Assembly (NCBI GenBank): GCA_051453625.1
Contig: JBOZIK010000001.1
Location: 23,977,364-24,041,363, forward strand
Direction of reading: 5' to 3'
DNA length: 64,000 nucleotides
Origin: Welwitschia mirabilis
Taxonomy: Eukaryota
Position numbers and translations under genes: made by a program. The notes beneath the pieces are model-generated. The model saw only the letters and a program-made list of their open reading frames with translations. It was not told the origin of the DNA and ran no database searches. Positions 63,773-64,000 of the stretch are shown here, piece after piece; positions within the stretch are counted from its first letter, which is position 1, and each line of letters begins with the position of its first letter.

Positions 63773-64000
63773 CAATTCCAATCATCATTACGTTCATTTT
63801 ATAGAAACAATCATAAAAAAGAAAACAAGCATACTAGAACATCTCTATATTAAAGATTACAATAATAAAAATCTAAATAAAGGAAATATTCTTTTCTTTT
63901 CTTTCTTTTAATAATAATTAAAATATTCAAAATGTATCAAATCACATCTTACTAAAGTACTTAAAGAAACTAAACCATACCTCGAACTATGTCAATCCTA
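63773..64000 (-). repeat. Continuation of the Tekay 5' LTR after the LINE insertion
   Basis: Matches the reverse complement of 38110-38280 (TCATTTTATAGAAA..CATAAAAA..AAACAAGCATAC) and then of 36725-36770 (GTACTTAAAGAAA...ATACCT...CAATCCTA). Confidence 0.8.

Larger units (their letters stand above)
35078..64000 (-). mobile_element. Tekay/Del chromovirus (Ty3/gypsy) carrying nested insertions; 5' LTR runs off the window
   Basis: Matching LTR ends at 35078 (TATGACATCCTCTCTTTT) and 55782 (TGTGACATCCTCTCTTTT), PBS at 55767-55778, gag-pol at 46442-41378 with a chromodomain, and PPT at 41284-41294. Confidence 0.85.

Noticed and set aside
1..64000. A novel multi-gene biological system
   Set aside because: No intact ORF, RNA gene or co-organised gene cluster is visible. 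Everything identifiable is decayed retroelement, apart from the unexplained segments listed under findings.

Overview
AT-rich plant-type intergenic DNA made almost entirely of old, nested, decayed retrotransposons, in a draft assembly with 11 N-gaps. I found no intact protein-coding gene, RNA gene, CRISPR array or prokaryote-type system. Left to right: (1) Athila-like Ty3/gypsy relics on the minus strand (1-~5770), head-to-head with a plus-strand Athila-like element (7136-15379); (2) the 3' half of a Sirevirus-like Ty1/copia element (15480-19234); (3) a 9-kb LTR element with two LTRs but no recognisable pol (19684-28691); (4) a very decayed gypsy pol-like relic; (5) a truncated Tekay-like element (~32025-35077); (6) a large minus-strand Tekay chromovirus (35078 to beyond 64000). 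Element (6) hosts an inverted LTR of its own family (itself carrying a 1.3-kb poly(A)/17-bp-TSD insertion), a pol-less gag+env-like Sirevirus with a perfect TCATA target-site duplication (46587-55039), and an L1-type LINE (~59041-63772) preceded by 2.3 kb of unexplained, gene-fragment-like DNA. The most notable points are this chimeric LINE insertion, the nesting, two pol-less elements that keep the accessory ORF, and transition decay in all cytosine contexts, including decayed CpG-palindrome arrays. Family assignments come from motif recognition by eye, not database searches, and boundaries marked ~ are approximate.
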